A DNA stretch of 64,000 nt from Candidatus Micrarchaeota archaeon. GTDB taxonomy: Archaea > Micrarchaeota > Micrarchaeia > Anstonellales > Bilamarchaeaceae. The DNA is taken from assembly GCA_043821365.1 (NCBI GenBank), contig JBDRCX010000006.1, forward strand, positions 640,001 through 704,000, written 5' to 3'. Position 1 is the stretch's first letter. Every line of letters starts with the position of its first letter. Below are positions 8,536-18,908 of this stretch, in pieces. Position numbers and translations under genes: made by a program. The notes beneath the pieces are model-generated. The model saw only the letters and a list, made by a program, of their open reading frames with translations, was not told the origin of the DNA and made no database searches.

Positions 8536-9315
8536 TCAGATTTTAAAACCAGTAATATCCCACCAACCCATGAGGTTTGTGGCCAAAGCAATGCCCAATG
8601 CAAGTACCAAAATTCCTATGGCTGCTTTGAGTTTATTTTCATCTACATTCTTAGTTATTGTTGGTCCTATTACTCCTCCTAGTAATGCACCAGAAGTCAG
8701 TATTATCAAAAATGACCAGTCAGAGAAACCTTTTGTTGCAAAATAAGCAAGAAACGAACCAAGACAAATTGGAACTTCTGATAAAGTGGTAATGCTAATT
8801 GCATTTTTACTTTTTTGACCAATTGCAACCTGTCCTCCAGTTACAAATGGTCCAAATCCTCCTCCACTTACAGTTTTATTGAACGAACTAAGAAAACCAA
8901 TAAACCACATTTTCTTCCATGAGAATTTGAAACTTAATTTGAAAACTATCACTATACCTACTAAAATTACCAAAAATGCAATGTATGCTTTCAAAATTTC
9001 TTTTGGAATATTAATTGCAATTATAATGCCTATTAACACTGCAATTAATCCAGGCACCGAGATTGCTAAAAATGATTTGAAATCATCTGTTTTAAAATGA
9101 AAATTAGCATTTCCAAATTTATGGTGTCTTATTGCTGCAGTTAATCCCCCTAGTCCTTGGCTGAATAAGATGGCAGGAACAGTTACAAAAGGGTCAAATC
9201 CCATGATTATTAATATTGGGGATAATGTGGTTCCGTAGAGCATTCCTAAGGATGCATCAATTAATTCTGCAATTATCGCCAAAAGAAAGATGATTATGAT
9301 TAAAGTTGGATCCAT
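8536..9315 (-). CDS. TauE/SafE-family sulfite exporter-like membrane protein
   Basis: IDASLGMLYGT and SGGGFGP motifs; about 8 TM helices; sits in the sulfate-activation cluster. Confidence 0.8.
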   Translation of the reverse strand: MDPTLIIIIFLLAIIAELIDASLGMLYGTTLSPILIIMGFDPFVTVPAILFSQGLGGLTAAIRHHKFGNANFHFKTDDFKSFLAISVPGLIAVLIGIIIAINIPKEILKAYIAFLVILVGIVIVFKLSFKFSWKKMWFIGFLSSFNKTVSGGGFGPFVTGGQVAIGQKSKNAISITTLSEVPICLGSFLAYFATKGFSDWSFLIILTSGALLGGVIGPTITKNVDENKLKAAIGILVLALGIALATNLMGWWDITGFKI

Positions 9316-9319
9316 ATTC

Positions 9320-10009
9320 TCACTTTATCAAATCGTAAAATTCAGTTGGTTTTGGATTTTTGAAGTTGTTTTCAAAATTTGTTGACCAGAAACCATGGCC
9401 AGAATGATCTCCGTACCTTCCAACTGATTCCATCCCATGATCTGAAATTACAATTAGTTTGTCTGCTTTTTCTGATGCTTTTTTTACAATATCATCCATC
9501 TCTTTGTATATGATTTTCATTTTTAGTTTCATTCCAAAGCTTAAATGTCCTATGACGTCCGCAGCTCCGAAATATCCAAAAACTAAGTCATGATCCTTGT
9601 TTAAACTATCGAAGAATTTGGCTTTGATTTTTTCATGATGGGCAAAAACCATCTTATCATATTCTTCTAAAGTGAGTTTTTTATCGAAAAATGCTTTCAT
9701 TGATTTTCTTTCCAAATCATGCTGTATTGGGTCTTGTGAATAGCCAGGAACATCAATTGCAATTGGATTCTTAAATTTATTTAGAAAAGTTTCTTCCTTA
9801 CTTAATTTGAAACCCCACAAATCTGGTTGCTCCATTATTCTTTTTTCCTGGTTTTTTCCTGAGAGGAAAGAGGACCAAATCACCATTGTTCTTGGTTGCT
9901 CAAATTCTGATAAATCTGTTTTACCATAATGTGTTTGTAATAAATTTGGTAATTGGAGATCAGTAACGTAGTCGTATTCTAATCCGTCAATTCCAACAAT
10001 AACTATCAT
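9320..10009 (-). CDS. Alkaline phosphatase-superfamily (nucleotide pyrophosphatase-like) protein
   Basis: IVGIDG, D..GH and ISDHGM...GDHS metal-binding motifs. Confidence 0.75.
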   Translation of the reverse strand: MIVIVGIDGLEYDYVTDLQLPNLLQTHYGKTDLSEFEQPRTMVIWSSFLSGKNQEKRIMEQPDLWGFKLSKEETFLNKFKNPIAIDVPGYSQDPIQHDLERKSMKAFFDKKLTLEEYDKMVFAHHEKIKAKFFDSLNKDHDLVFGYFGAADVIGHLSFGMKLKMKIIYKEMDDIVKKASEKADKLIVISDHGMESVGRYGDHSGHGFWSTNFENNFKNPKPTEFYDLIK

Positions 10010-11202
10010 CTAATTATTCCTCCACCTTCAACTATTCCATCTCTGATTAAGACAAATCTTCCCATTGGCGGTATTTTGTTGAAACTGTCAATTGCTACTT
10101 TTTTGTTTAATTTTAAGGTCACTTCAGCAGCTTCTAATCCATTTATGGTTGGTGTTATCTCTAATTTTTCCAAAGTTGATGAATTAAACTTTGAGTTTAT
10201 GCTTTCTATTTTGCATTCTGATTCTTGTGTTGTTGATTTGTAAATTAGTAATTCTTCTTTTCTCACTGGATTTTCACCCATCCAGAAAATAGTTGCATTT
10301 ATTTTTTCTACTATTGTTGGTTCCTTTCCAATAGAACAAACAATCTCTCCTCTGTCTGCAGTTATACCTTCTAGAACAATTCCAGTGCTTTGCCCTGCTT
10401 TGATTTTGTTATCTTTTATTTTTTTTATTGTTGTTTTTTGCATAGATGGCACTAGCATAATTTCTTGTGAAAGAACACCACTTTCTATTCTTCCAACATA
10501 TGTTTTTTCGTTGTTTAAATTGTAAACATCCTGAATTGGCAATCTCAATTCTTGATCTTCTAAGTTTGGTTTATTTTTTAATTTACTTAAAGCTTCAAGA
10601 AGAGTTGGACCTTGGTACCAATCCATGTTTTTTGAATTATTTACTATGTTATCTCCTTCCATAGCAGAAATTGGTATGAATTCTTCCGGTGTTGTACTGA
10701 AATTTTTGAAGAATTCTTGCAATTTTTGTTTTACAGTTTCGAATCTTTCTTTTTGATAATTGATTCTGTCCATTTTGTTGAAAACTGCAATTACTTGTTT
10801 GATTCCAAGCATGTTTAGCAAGTAAATATGGCGCTTTGTTTGCTCTTCCAAACCAATTTCTGTGTCAATAATAACAACAGCCGCATCTGCCTGGCTTGCA
10901 CCAGTAAGCATGTTTTTTATGAATTCCTTATGACCAGGTGCATCAATAATGACAAATGGCTTGTTATTGTATTTGAAAAAAGTTTGTGAAGTGTCAATTG
11001 TCATCATTTTTTCTCTTTCTTCATGCAAATGATCAATAACATAGGCAAACTCAAATGGTCTTCCTAGCATTTTACAAGTACTTTTTACTTCTTCTATTTT
11101 TTCTTCTGGCAATGAATTTGTATCGTAGATCATTCTGCCAATTAACGTAGATTTTCCATGGTCAATATGGCCGACAATTACAAAACTAAGGTATTTTTCC
11201 AT
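10006..11202 (-). CDS. cysN: Sulfate adenylyltransferase large (GTPase) subunit, CysN-like
   Basis: GHIDHGKST, DAPGH and NKMD translational-GTPase motifs; directly downstream of cysD. Confidence 0.8.
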   Translation of the reverse strand: MEKYLSFVIVGHIDHGKSTLIGRMIYDTNSLPEEKIEEVKSTCKMLGRPFEFAYVIDHLHEEREKMMTIDTSQTFFKYNNKPFVIIDAPGHKEFIKNMLTGASQADAAVVIIDTEIGLEEQTKRHIYLLNMLGIKQVIAVFNKMDRINYQKERFETVKQKLQEFFKNFSTTPEEFIPISAMEGDNIVNNSKNMDWYQGPTLLEALSKLKNKPNLEDQELRLPIQDVYNLNNEKTYVGRIESGVLSQEIMLVPSMQKTTIKKIKDNKIKAGQSTGIVLEGITADRGEIVCSIGKEPTIVEKINATIFWMGENPVRKEELLIYKSTTQESECKIESINSKFNSSTLEKLEITPTINGLEAAEVTLKLNKKVAIDSFNKIPPMGRFVLIRDGIVEGGGIIR

Positions 11203-11206
11203 AATA

Positions 11207-12010
11207 TCACATGTAACCCAATGTTCTGAGCTTTTGCATCATGTATGCTTGCTCTTTGTCCTGTGCTCTTCCTGATCTTTCTGCTAATTTTGTTGTTTTT
11301 AGTTCTTCAATTATTTCATCAATGTTAGTTGCATTTGATTCGAAAGGTTTGGTTATTGGCATACAACCTAAACTTCTGTATCGTTTTCCGTTTTTGGAGA
11401 AATATAATTCGTTTATTGGAATGTTTTCTCTTTTGATATATTCCCAGATGTTTAATTCAGTCCAATGAAGTAATGGATGGACTCTGATATGGGTTTGGTT
11501 GTTTTCTTTTACTGTGAATTGATCCCATAATTCAGGAGGCTGATCTTTGTAGTTCCATTTGAAATCTTCATCTCTTGGAGAGAAATATCTTTCTTTTGCT
11601 CGAATTCCGTGTTCGTCTCTTCTAATTCCTACAAATAATGCTTTGAATTTGTGTTTGTCTATTGCTTGTTTGAGAGCATTTGTTTTCAATTCGTTGCAAC
11701 AGGTGAAAGCATCATGGGTGGAATATCCTATTCCATTTTTTAGTGCTTCTTCGTTTTTTGCTATTAATAGTTCAATATTCCATTCTTTTGCATATTTATC
11801 TCTAAATTCGTACATTTCTGGAAATTTGTATGTTGTATCAATATGCATCATTGGAAAAGGGACTTTGTTGTAAAATGCCTTTCTGATTAGCCAAACTAAA
11901 GTTGTTGAGTCTTTGCCTATTGACCAAAGGGCTGCTACGTTTTTGTATGCTCTGTAAGCTTCTCTGATGATGTAGATACTGCGGCTTTCGAGTTGATCTA
12001 AATGATCCAT
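11207..12010 (-). CDS. cysD: Sulfate adenylyltransferase small subunit
   Basis: WSIGKDS PP-loop, GIRRDE, RVHPLL.WTE, RYRSLGC motifs; start placed at MDHLDQ. Confidence 0.9.
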   Translation of the reverse strand: MDHLDQLESRSIYIIREAYRAYKNVAALWSIGKDSTTLVWLIRKAFYNKVPFPMMHIDTTYKFPEMYEFRDKYAKEWNIELLIAKNEEALKNGIGYSTHDAFTCCNELKTNALKQAIDKHKFKALFVGIRRDEHGIRAKERYFSPRDEDFKWNYKDQPPELWDQFTVKENNQTHIRVHPLLHWTELNIWEYIKRENIPINELYFSKNGKRYRSLGCMPITKPFESNATNIDEIIEELKTTKLAERSGRAQDKEQAYMMQKLRTLGYM

Positions 12011-12023
12011 TTTAGCACCTTTT

Positions 12024-12245
12024 TTATAAGTAACCAAGTGCCTTTAGACGGTCTTTGATTTTTTTCTCGTCATCTGCATTGAATGTTTCTTTTTCTTCTT
12101 TTTCATCTGTTAATAATTCTCTTAAAACAAAAACAACATAATCAGAAACTGATGTAAAACCAGTGTCTTTTATTTGTTCTTTTAGTTTGTTGTGTAATGG
12201 AACTGGAATAGAGACAGTTGTGTATTTGTTTTCTTCTTTTTTCAT
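12024..12245 (-). CDS. Ribbon-helix-helix (CopG-like) regulator with a RLKALGYL tail
   Basis: YTTVSIPVPLHNKLKEQI...GFTSVSDYVVFVLRELL. Confidence 0.8.
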   Translation of the reverse strand: MKKEENKYTTVSIPVPLHNKLKEQIKDTGFTSVSDYVVFVLRELLTDEKEEKETFNADDEKKIKDRLKALGYL

Positions 12246-12289
12246 TTTATCACCTTAATTATTAGTAATTAAGATTTAATGATATATAA

Positions 12290-13251
12290 TTAAAGCTTTT
12301 TGTTCATTTTTGCTCTTAATTTACTTATTTTTGACTTAAGATTTGAAAGTTTTTTGTTTTTTATTTTACTATTTTTATTATCGACTATGAACCAAGGGAT
12401 CTCTATTAAAACAGGTAATTTCGAATGACTAGGATGCCCATATACTGGGATTTTTAGAACTGGGTCTCTTTCACCACAAGCTTCTCCATGATCTGATGTA
12501 ATTATTGTTTTTCCAGGCAGATGTTCATTTAGTCCTTTAACTTCGTTTAAAACTAAAATTAGATTTGCATTATATTCTTTTAGGAACTCTTTTTTTGGTC
12601 TTAGTATCATAACATCCGATATAATCTGCTTTTTCCAAGTGCGATATAAGGTGCGTGAGGTTGCATATAATGTACAATTAATCTTTTGTTTTTGTATTTA
12701 TTTTTTGTTTCTATTCCTTTTTCTGTAACTTTTGACGGATGGACTACTCCGAGTTTCTGATCCCAACTATCTGTCCATAAATTAATTGTTTTGTGAAAAC
12801 TATCTCTAGTAATTGTGTGTACATAAGGATTAGTTGTTACATAAACTATATCTTCATTGTGGCGTTCTCTAAAATTTTTAGTTAAAAATTCTAAAGTTGA
12901 ACTTCCTTGGGAAACAACTTTTTCTAGTTTTCCTTTGAGTTCAATCTCATTTAGTGCGTTTGAAAAACTGTCATATCTACAAGCATCTAGAATGATTAAG
13001 TTATCCCACTCTTGATCAACTATCTTTATTCCATTATTTTTATTTCGATTGAGTAGTTTGTAAACTTTAGATAAGAAAAAGGTTTGAAAATTGAAGTACA
13101 ACCACCTAAAGTTAGTCCAATTCTGAGATATTTGAATTAAAATAAATTTTATCCTATCAAAACCTTTACTAATGGAACCTCTAGCTATTATGGAAACTCG
13201 ATTATCATTACTATTTTTTGACAACATCTCTACATATCCCGTTTCAAACAT
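12290..13251 (-). pseudogene. Sulfatase-like (AlkP superfamily) protein split into two overlapping ORFs (12607-13251 and 12290-12610)
   Basis: N-part has IILDACRYD and HYMQPHAPY; C-part has IITSDHGE and YGHP; the ORFs overlap by ATGA in different frames. Confidence 0.55.
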
Positions 13252-14608
13252 TCGATTTCTTGAATGCCGTTGTATCTAATGTTTTTTCCATCTTTTTTAT
13301 TTTATATCTTAATGATAATAAAAATAATTTTTTCTTTTTATCTAAATGCATTTTTAACTTTTTTACTAGCCTATTATGAATTTTTTTATGGTTTTTAGTA
13401 TCTATTGTTTTCAACTTTTCTTCTTTTGTTCCGTCATTGTAAATAAGAGTGTTCGATCCTTCTCTGATCGCATAAACATTACATCCTAATCCACGTACTT
13501 CGGATATTGCTGGTTCCTCCATGTTTGTGATTATTGTTTTTCCATACCATATTGCTGGTTTCGTTATGCCAACTATATCTAAGATTGTTGGTGAAATATC
13601 AACGAGACTTACAACCTTTTCTACGTCCTTATTACCAAGCCCAAATATGGCAAGTGGGACGTGTAACAATTCCTTACAAAGCATTTTGGTTAAATCTTTC
13701 TTATCGTTAATTGGGTATGCATGGTCATATAGACCATTCTCTCCGAACAATTGGCCATGATCTGATGTTATAATTAGTAAGTAGTCTTCAAGTGCTCCTA
13801 TGCTTTCTAAGTGCCGTATTACGTTAATTATCTCTCTTGTGATCTGCGAAAGTTCATTTTCATATATCTTTTTTAGTATCCCTATATCACTTTCCTCTAT
13901 TTTTTTACACCCATTATTTATTTTTATAAAAATTTGATTTGCTGTTATTGTATCCTCCTTAGTTATTGTTGCATTATGTTGTTTTGTTTTTCTGAACGAG
14001 AATGGACCGTGGGCATCCATATAATGTAAATGCAAATAAATTGGTTTAGCAGTTCTTTTCTTTAATGTCTCCTTTACACGTTTTGTTATTTCTTCAGAAT
14101 TTAAGTAGGGTAATCCTGTTGTTAATTTATAATTTGAAAATTTGTTTATCAAAAATTTTATCTTAAACCAAATCGCGTGTATGTATTTATATAAAACTGG
14201 TAACTTTTTGAATAATAATTGTGCCAGTATTTTTTGTTCTGAGTCAAGACAATGATCTATGTCCTGGTCTGAAGTGACATATGGGATATAAGGATTGTTA
14301 TGTAGTGCGTAAGTTTCATAATCATGTTTTTTTAACTCAGAAACGAGACTCTTCCTAATACAATCTCTGTTGGGGAGGTATTCAATAATTTGTTTGCCAT
14401 CACTGAATTTTATATTTGTTGTCTCATCAGGCATGATGGTGAATTTAGAACACAACATTCCAGTAAAAGAGAATGCAGTTGCTGGTCCAGTTGAATAAGC
14501 ATTTTTGAATACAATTCCGTTACCAAGAGTTTTCTTTATTTTATTTACTAACTGTTCTGAGTAATCATATCTCAAACAATCTATGGTTATTAATATTATA
14601 TTTTTCAT
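13244..14608 (-). CDS. Sulfatase-like hydrolase/transferase
   Basis: LITIDCLR, HLHYMDAHGP, ITSDHG, YDH, LHVPL, VSLVDISPTIL motifs. Confidence 0.8.
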   Translation of the reverse strand: MKNIILITIDCLRYDYSEQLVNKIKKTLGNGIVFKNAYSTGPATAFSFTGMLCSKFTIMPDETTNIKFSDGKQIIEYLPNRDCIRKSLVSELKKHDYETYALHNNPYIPYVTSDQDIDHCLDSEQKILAQLLFKKLPVLYKYIHAIWFKIKFLINKFSNYKLTTGLPYLNSEEITKRVKETLKKRTAKPIYLHLHYMDAHGPFSFRKTKQHNATITKEDTITANQIFIKINNGCKKIEESDIGILKKIYENELSQITREIINVIRHLESIGALEDYLLIITSDHGQLFGENGLYDHAYPINDKKDLTKMLCKELLHVPLAIFGLGNKDVEKVVSLVDISPTILDIVGITKPAIWYGKTIITNMEEPAISEVRGLGCNVYAIREGSNTLIYNDGTKEEKLKTIDTKNHKKIHNRLVKKLKMHLDKKKKLFLLSLRYKIKKMEKTLDTTAFKKSNV

Positions 14609-14618
14609 ATTGCCTCAT

Positions 14619-15392
14619 CTATTTAGTAATTTTTACAAACAATCCATTAGAATTTTTTTCATTTGAAAAAATATCAAATAATATTGATAACATGTAAAAT
14701 GGATAAAAAATAAGTCCTAAAACCACATAATTTTTCATAAACTTTTCGGTAATTCCAAATAATTTTTCAGTGCTATTGGAGCAATAATATTCGCACGACA
14801 TGAGTTTCAAATTTGTTTTACTACATAATTCTTCCATGGCATCTCTATCGTATCCTACCCTCACATGGCGGTATTTTTTGTATGTTTTTTTGTTTTTTTC
14901 TGATATTGATGGTACTGTCAATAGCAACGTACCATCTCTTTTCAAAACTCTTGATAATTCTCCCAGCACTTGAACATCATCTTGTATATGTTCTAGTACA
15001 TCCGAACAGATTACTGTGTCGAATGAGTTCTCTTTAAGTTTTAGATTGGAAAGATCCATCACTCTAAAGTCTAGATTTTTGTATCTATTGATCTCGTTTG
15101 CCTTTTTTATCAAATCTTCTTGTATGTCCACAGCCAAAACAGTTTGGAACCTTTTTGCAAGGCTGAAAGAATAAATCCCAGAACCACACCCCGCATCTAA
15201 GAGCTGTTTGTCAGATGTTTTTGGTAGATTTGATAGTATTTTTTTTGCCCTGAGTCTAAGACCTATGTGTGGTATTCCTATTAAGTAAAAACCAACCCTA
15301 GTAATTATGCTATTTTTGAATTCTACGTTTTTATCGTCTGCAGTAGTGAACGAAACCCTATCAAACTGTGCAAATACTGATCCAAAAACCAT
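14619..15392 (-). CDS. Class I SAM-dependent methyltransferase
   Basis: LLDAGCGSG motif I; FDTVICSDVLEHI. Confidence 0.85.
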   Translation of the reverse strand: MVFGSVFAQFDRVSFTTADDKNVEFKNSIITRVGFYLIGIPHIGLRLRAKKILSNLPKTSDKQLLDAGCGSGIYSFSLAKRFQTVLAVDIQEDLIKKANEINRYKNLDFRVMDLSNLKLKENSFDTVICSDVLEHIQDDVQVLGELSRVLKRDGTLLLTVPSISEKNKKTYKKYRHVRVGYDRDAMEELCSKTNLKLMSCEYYCSNSTEKLFGITEKFMKNYVVLGLIFYPFYMLSILFDIFSNEKNSNGLFVKITK

Positions 15393-15471
15393 ATCCGTAT
15401 ACCTCTCCTTAAATTAAAAAACCTATCAAAATGAGTAATATCAATTTAATCTTTTCTACTGTCTACTATCT

Positions 15472-17745
15472 ATGCTTAATTTTTTCATTATCACTACCCT
15501 ATCTGCTTCAATTATTGGTGTTGGTTCTTTATTCTATAAACTACTTTTCGGTAGAATTCAAAAACATTGGTTGTCTATTCTAATTGATTATTTTATTTCT
15601 GGTATTTTGGTGCTTATTACGATTTTGTTCATATTTTCTATTTTAGATCTCACTAGTTTTGCTGTGCCATTCTTCTCTCTATATACTGTTTTTGGTTTAA
15701 TTGGTTTTATTTTTCTGTTACTGGATTGTCATAAAAATCCATCTGTATTCAGAACCTTATTTTTAAATATGAAAAATACCACCCCCCAAACAATACTTAG
15801 ATATCTATGCCTTTTATCCTTACTAATATTATTGTTCTGGGTGTTAGTTTTCTATCCAAAGATGAACTGGGATGGTTTCAAATATTACTTAACAGATGCC
15901 CACAACATTCTACGTTCTGATTTTGCGTTTACAAATAATGGGCAGGATGTTTCAGTCATAAACATTCCCGATTTCCAAGTATCATTTGTAACTTCCTCTT
16001 ATTATGCATATTTTCTCAATTTTTTAAATCTCGAACCGTATATCTCTACCTTAGATAAGATAATTTTCTACAATGAAACATTCGGTATTGTTGTATTTTT
16101 CGTACTTGTGGCTCTCCTTGTTAGTGTATACCGTTTGGGACTTGCGTACTTTGATGATTCACGTAAAGCATTATTTGTTATGCTATTCGTAGCTTGTACT
16201 CCTCTTCTGCATCAATACCTAAAATTATATAGTTTATCGAGTGACCTTTTTTTTGTTTTCTTACTTGTTAATTTGGTTTATTATATCAAACAGTATAAAA
16301 TGCAAATAATAGAACATACTATTTACATCGTTGGAATCTTATTTTTACTTACGATAACAAAGATCAATGGTTTGGTTTTTGGCCTCATTTTTCTATTATT
16401 CTTGTCCTTTCCACAAATAAAATTTAATGCAGGTCTAAAAAAATCCATCGCCCTTTTCTGCCTCTTCCTATTGGCAGTTGTACTTACTCTTTTTATCTTT
16501 TTTAATATCCGGTATCCTCTTTTTGTGAGTGAATACTTTTTCCAACCAATTAATTTTGCGATTTTTGTTATTTCCTTTTTGATAATGTCATCTGCTCTAA
16601 TAATTGGTTCTGGGGATGATGGATGGCTGACTCCAGGTAACTTAAAAATAATTCTTTCAGATAAAATCTGTTTTTTTGTAATCGCTTTGTTTATTTTTTT
16701 AACCCTGTTGATTCCTTTATATTACTTTATTGAAACTGGTTCTCCGTTTCTTGGTTATCTAGTTAATCCTAATAATAATATACAAGAAATCAGAGCAGAT
16801 ACTGGTGATTGGCATTTTATTAATGATTTCATGTATGGTATCTTAGGCGCAGGTTATCTTTTTGGATTGTTCTTCATCTTTGTCGTGTTTTACCTAAAAA
16901 AAATCCTAATCAATAGGGAAATCTCACAGCTTTTATCAATGTTTTTATTTATCTACTTAATATGGTTAGTGGTTCTAACTCCCACAAGTATCAGGCATCT
17001 ACTAATTCTTAGTATTCTTGGCCCTTTCCTTATCATTCATATCCTCACAAATCACATTAATAACGATCATCTCAAAGTCGATAACCTCTTATTGTCATTT
17101 CTATTTTTTACTTTTCTTTCAGTTTTTATAGTTTATGTAGATGCTTTTGACTTAGACTTTTTATCTAGCATTAACTGGGTTAGTACTTCTGGTGCGATTA
17201 TATGCGGCATGTACTTTGGAATGGTTCTATCATACTTCATCTTCTATCCTGCTTATCATAAAATTAGTTTGAATCTAAAAAAGGTACTAACTACTGTTCT
17301 TCTGTTCATGTTGATAGGTTTGACATGGTACCTCTCGATCAATATTATTAATAGTGATCATAATTATTATCAAAAAGATGATGGTAGTATATCCTATTAT
17401 CTACAATATGAAGTTTTTGATTATATAAATGAAAACATTCCGTATAATTCATCTATAATTAACTACCGTATCTTTGGAATGGAGCTCTTTACTAATCATA
17501 ATTACAAATATTTTGATCTAAGGAAGCCTACTTTGGCACCCTATGTCGCAGAAATTAATTGCAGTGATAATCTATATATTCTTGAACCAACTGAATTTTC
17601 TATCTGGTACCCTACATGTGCGAAGATATTGGACAACTACCGTCCCGAATTCCTTACTAATAAAACTATCATATATACCTCATCTTCAAACATGTTCCAG
17701 ATTAGCAAGATCTCCTGTGGTGATATAAAAACTTTAAATAATTGA
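15472..17745 (+). CDS. Large polytopic membrane protein, possibly a GT-C-fold glycosyltransferase
   Basis: Many TM helices; NWDG...Y loop; TKING and RHLL motifs; located in a glycan cluster. Confidence 0.55.
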   Translation: MLNFFIITTLSASIIGVGSLFYKLLFGRIQKHWLSILIDYFISGILVLITILFIFSILDLTSFAVPFFSLYTVFGLIGFIFLLLDCHKNPSVFRTLFLNMKNTTPQTILRYLCLLSLLILLFWVLVFYPKMNWDGFKYYLTDAHNILRSDFAFTNNGQDVSVINIPDFQVSFVTSSYYAYFLNFLNLEPYISTLDKIIFYNETFGIVVFFVLVALLVSVYRLGLAYFDDSRKALFVMLFVACTPLLHQYLKLYSLSSDLFFVFLLVNLVYYIKQYKMQIIEHTIYIVGILFLLTITKINGLVFGLIFLLFLSFPQIKFNAGLKKSIALFCLFLLAVVLTLFIFFNIRYPLFVSEYFFQPINFAIFVISFLIMSSALIIGSGDDGWLTPGNLKIILSDKICFFVIALFIFLTLLIPLYYFIETGSPFLGYLVNPNNNIQEIRADTGDWHFINDFMYGILGAGYLFGLFFIFVVFYLKKILINREISQLLSMFLFIYLIWLVVLTPTSIRHLLILSILGPFLIIHILTNHINNDHLKVDNLLLSFLFFTFLSVFIVYVDAFDLDFLSSINWVSTSGAIICGMYFGMVLSYFIFYPAYHKISLNLKKVLTTVLLFMLIGLTWYLSINIINSDHNYYQKDDGSISYYLQYEVFDYINENIPYNSSIINYRIFGMELFTNHNYKYFDLRKPTLAPYVAEINCSDNLYILEPTEFSIWYPTCAKILDNYRPEFLTNKTIIYTSSSNMFQISKISCGDIKTLNN

Positions 17746-17769
17746 TATGCCTATTCTTTTGATATTATT

Positions 17770-18894
17770 ATGAAACCTAGCATTAGATTGATTATGTATT
17801 ATGATTCATCTAATCATAGTGGTATAATAAATAAATTTTATGACACCATAACTATATTAGATTCATTTGATGTTCTTGCTGAGGTAATGGCTAGGAATAT
17901 TGACAAAAGCCGTATTCTCAATCCAGATTCTATTTGTTTTGTGCCGTTTCGTGATGGTTTGTTCTCAGATATTTCAGCATGTTTACATATTTTACTTAAT
18001 AAAAGCGATTTTACTTATATGCAGCTGACTTTTGATACATTTTTCTTTATCCGTTTTTTATGTGCTAAGTTAAGTGGTAGTAAAATTTTGTTGTATATGG
18101 AGGATCCTCTATACGAAGTTATAAAATTAATGCCAACCGAAGTTCTTCATAGGGTGAAATTAAAATTGTTTGCATCAATTGTTGAATTTATTTCGAAATA
18201 TACGGAAATAATTATGCTCTTATTGGCTGACTACATATTTGTTACTTCTCAGAAAATGAAATCTAATTATCTGCGCATGTTTCCAAAAAAGAATAACATA
18301 TACGTTTTGTATAACAATGTACCTTCCAAATCACAAAAACCGAAAGATAAAACCTTTGATCTATTGAGAAATAAGTTCAATTATATCTTCTTATATCTAG
18401 GAATGATTCAACCAAATATCCGTGGCTATGAAAAATTATTGGATATTTTCTCTAAGATTAAGAAGAAGGATAGATGCTTACTTTTTATTGGGCCAGATCT
18501 TTCTCATGGTGCATTCAAAGACTTGGTAACAAAATATGCCCTCTCTGATTATGTTATCCATATTCCACCAGTTAAAAAAGAATATGCTATGTGGTACCTT
18601 ACTCAAGCAGATTTCTTTGTCCTCGGATACCCATCACCAGACTATATACTCCCAAATAAATTTTTTGATTCTTATCATGCTAATTTACCAATGTTGTTAC
18701 CCTGGAATCTGGCTGATGCTAAAAAACTATTTGATGGTTGGGTGATTGCGTATTCTTCAGATGTGGATCTACTAGAAAAATTTGAAAATATCGAATCCTA
18801 TAGTTTATCTAAGAAAAAACTTGACATACCAACTTACCAAAAATCAATTGAAAGATTGTTTACAGAAAAGCTTGGACTGAAAAAAAATCCGTGA
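17770..18894 (+). CDS. Glycosyltransferase (GT4-like, GT-B fold)
   Basis: FLYLGMI...RGYE and LPNKFFDSY..ANLPM C-terminal motifs. Confidence 0.7.
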   Translation: MKPSIRLIMYYDSSNHSGIINKFYDTITILDSFDVLAEVMARNIDKSRILNPDSICFVPFRDGLFSDISACLHILLNKSDFTYMQLTFDTFFFIRFLCAKLSGSKILLYMEDPLYEVIKLMPTEVLHRVKLKLFASIVEFISKYTEIIMLLLADYIFVTSQKMKSNYLRMFPKKNNIYVLYNNVPSKSQKPKDKTFDLLRNKFNYIFLYLGMIQPNIRGYEKLLDIFSKIKKKDRCLLFIGPDLSHGAFKDLVTKYALSDYVIHIPPVKKEYAMWYLTQADFFVLGYPSPDYILPNKFFDSYHANLPMLLPWNLADAKKLFDGWVIAYSSDVDLLEKFENIESYSLSKKKLDIPTYQKSIERLFTEKLGLKKNP

Positions 18895-18908
18895 TTCATA
18901 ATCTATAA

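Noticed and set aside
10006-11202. EF-1alpha call for the GTPase
   Set aside because: It has EF-1alpha-like G1 residues, but its position directly after cysD and its divergent domains II/III favour CysN.
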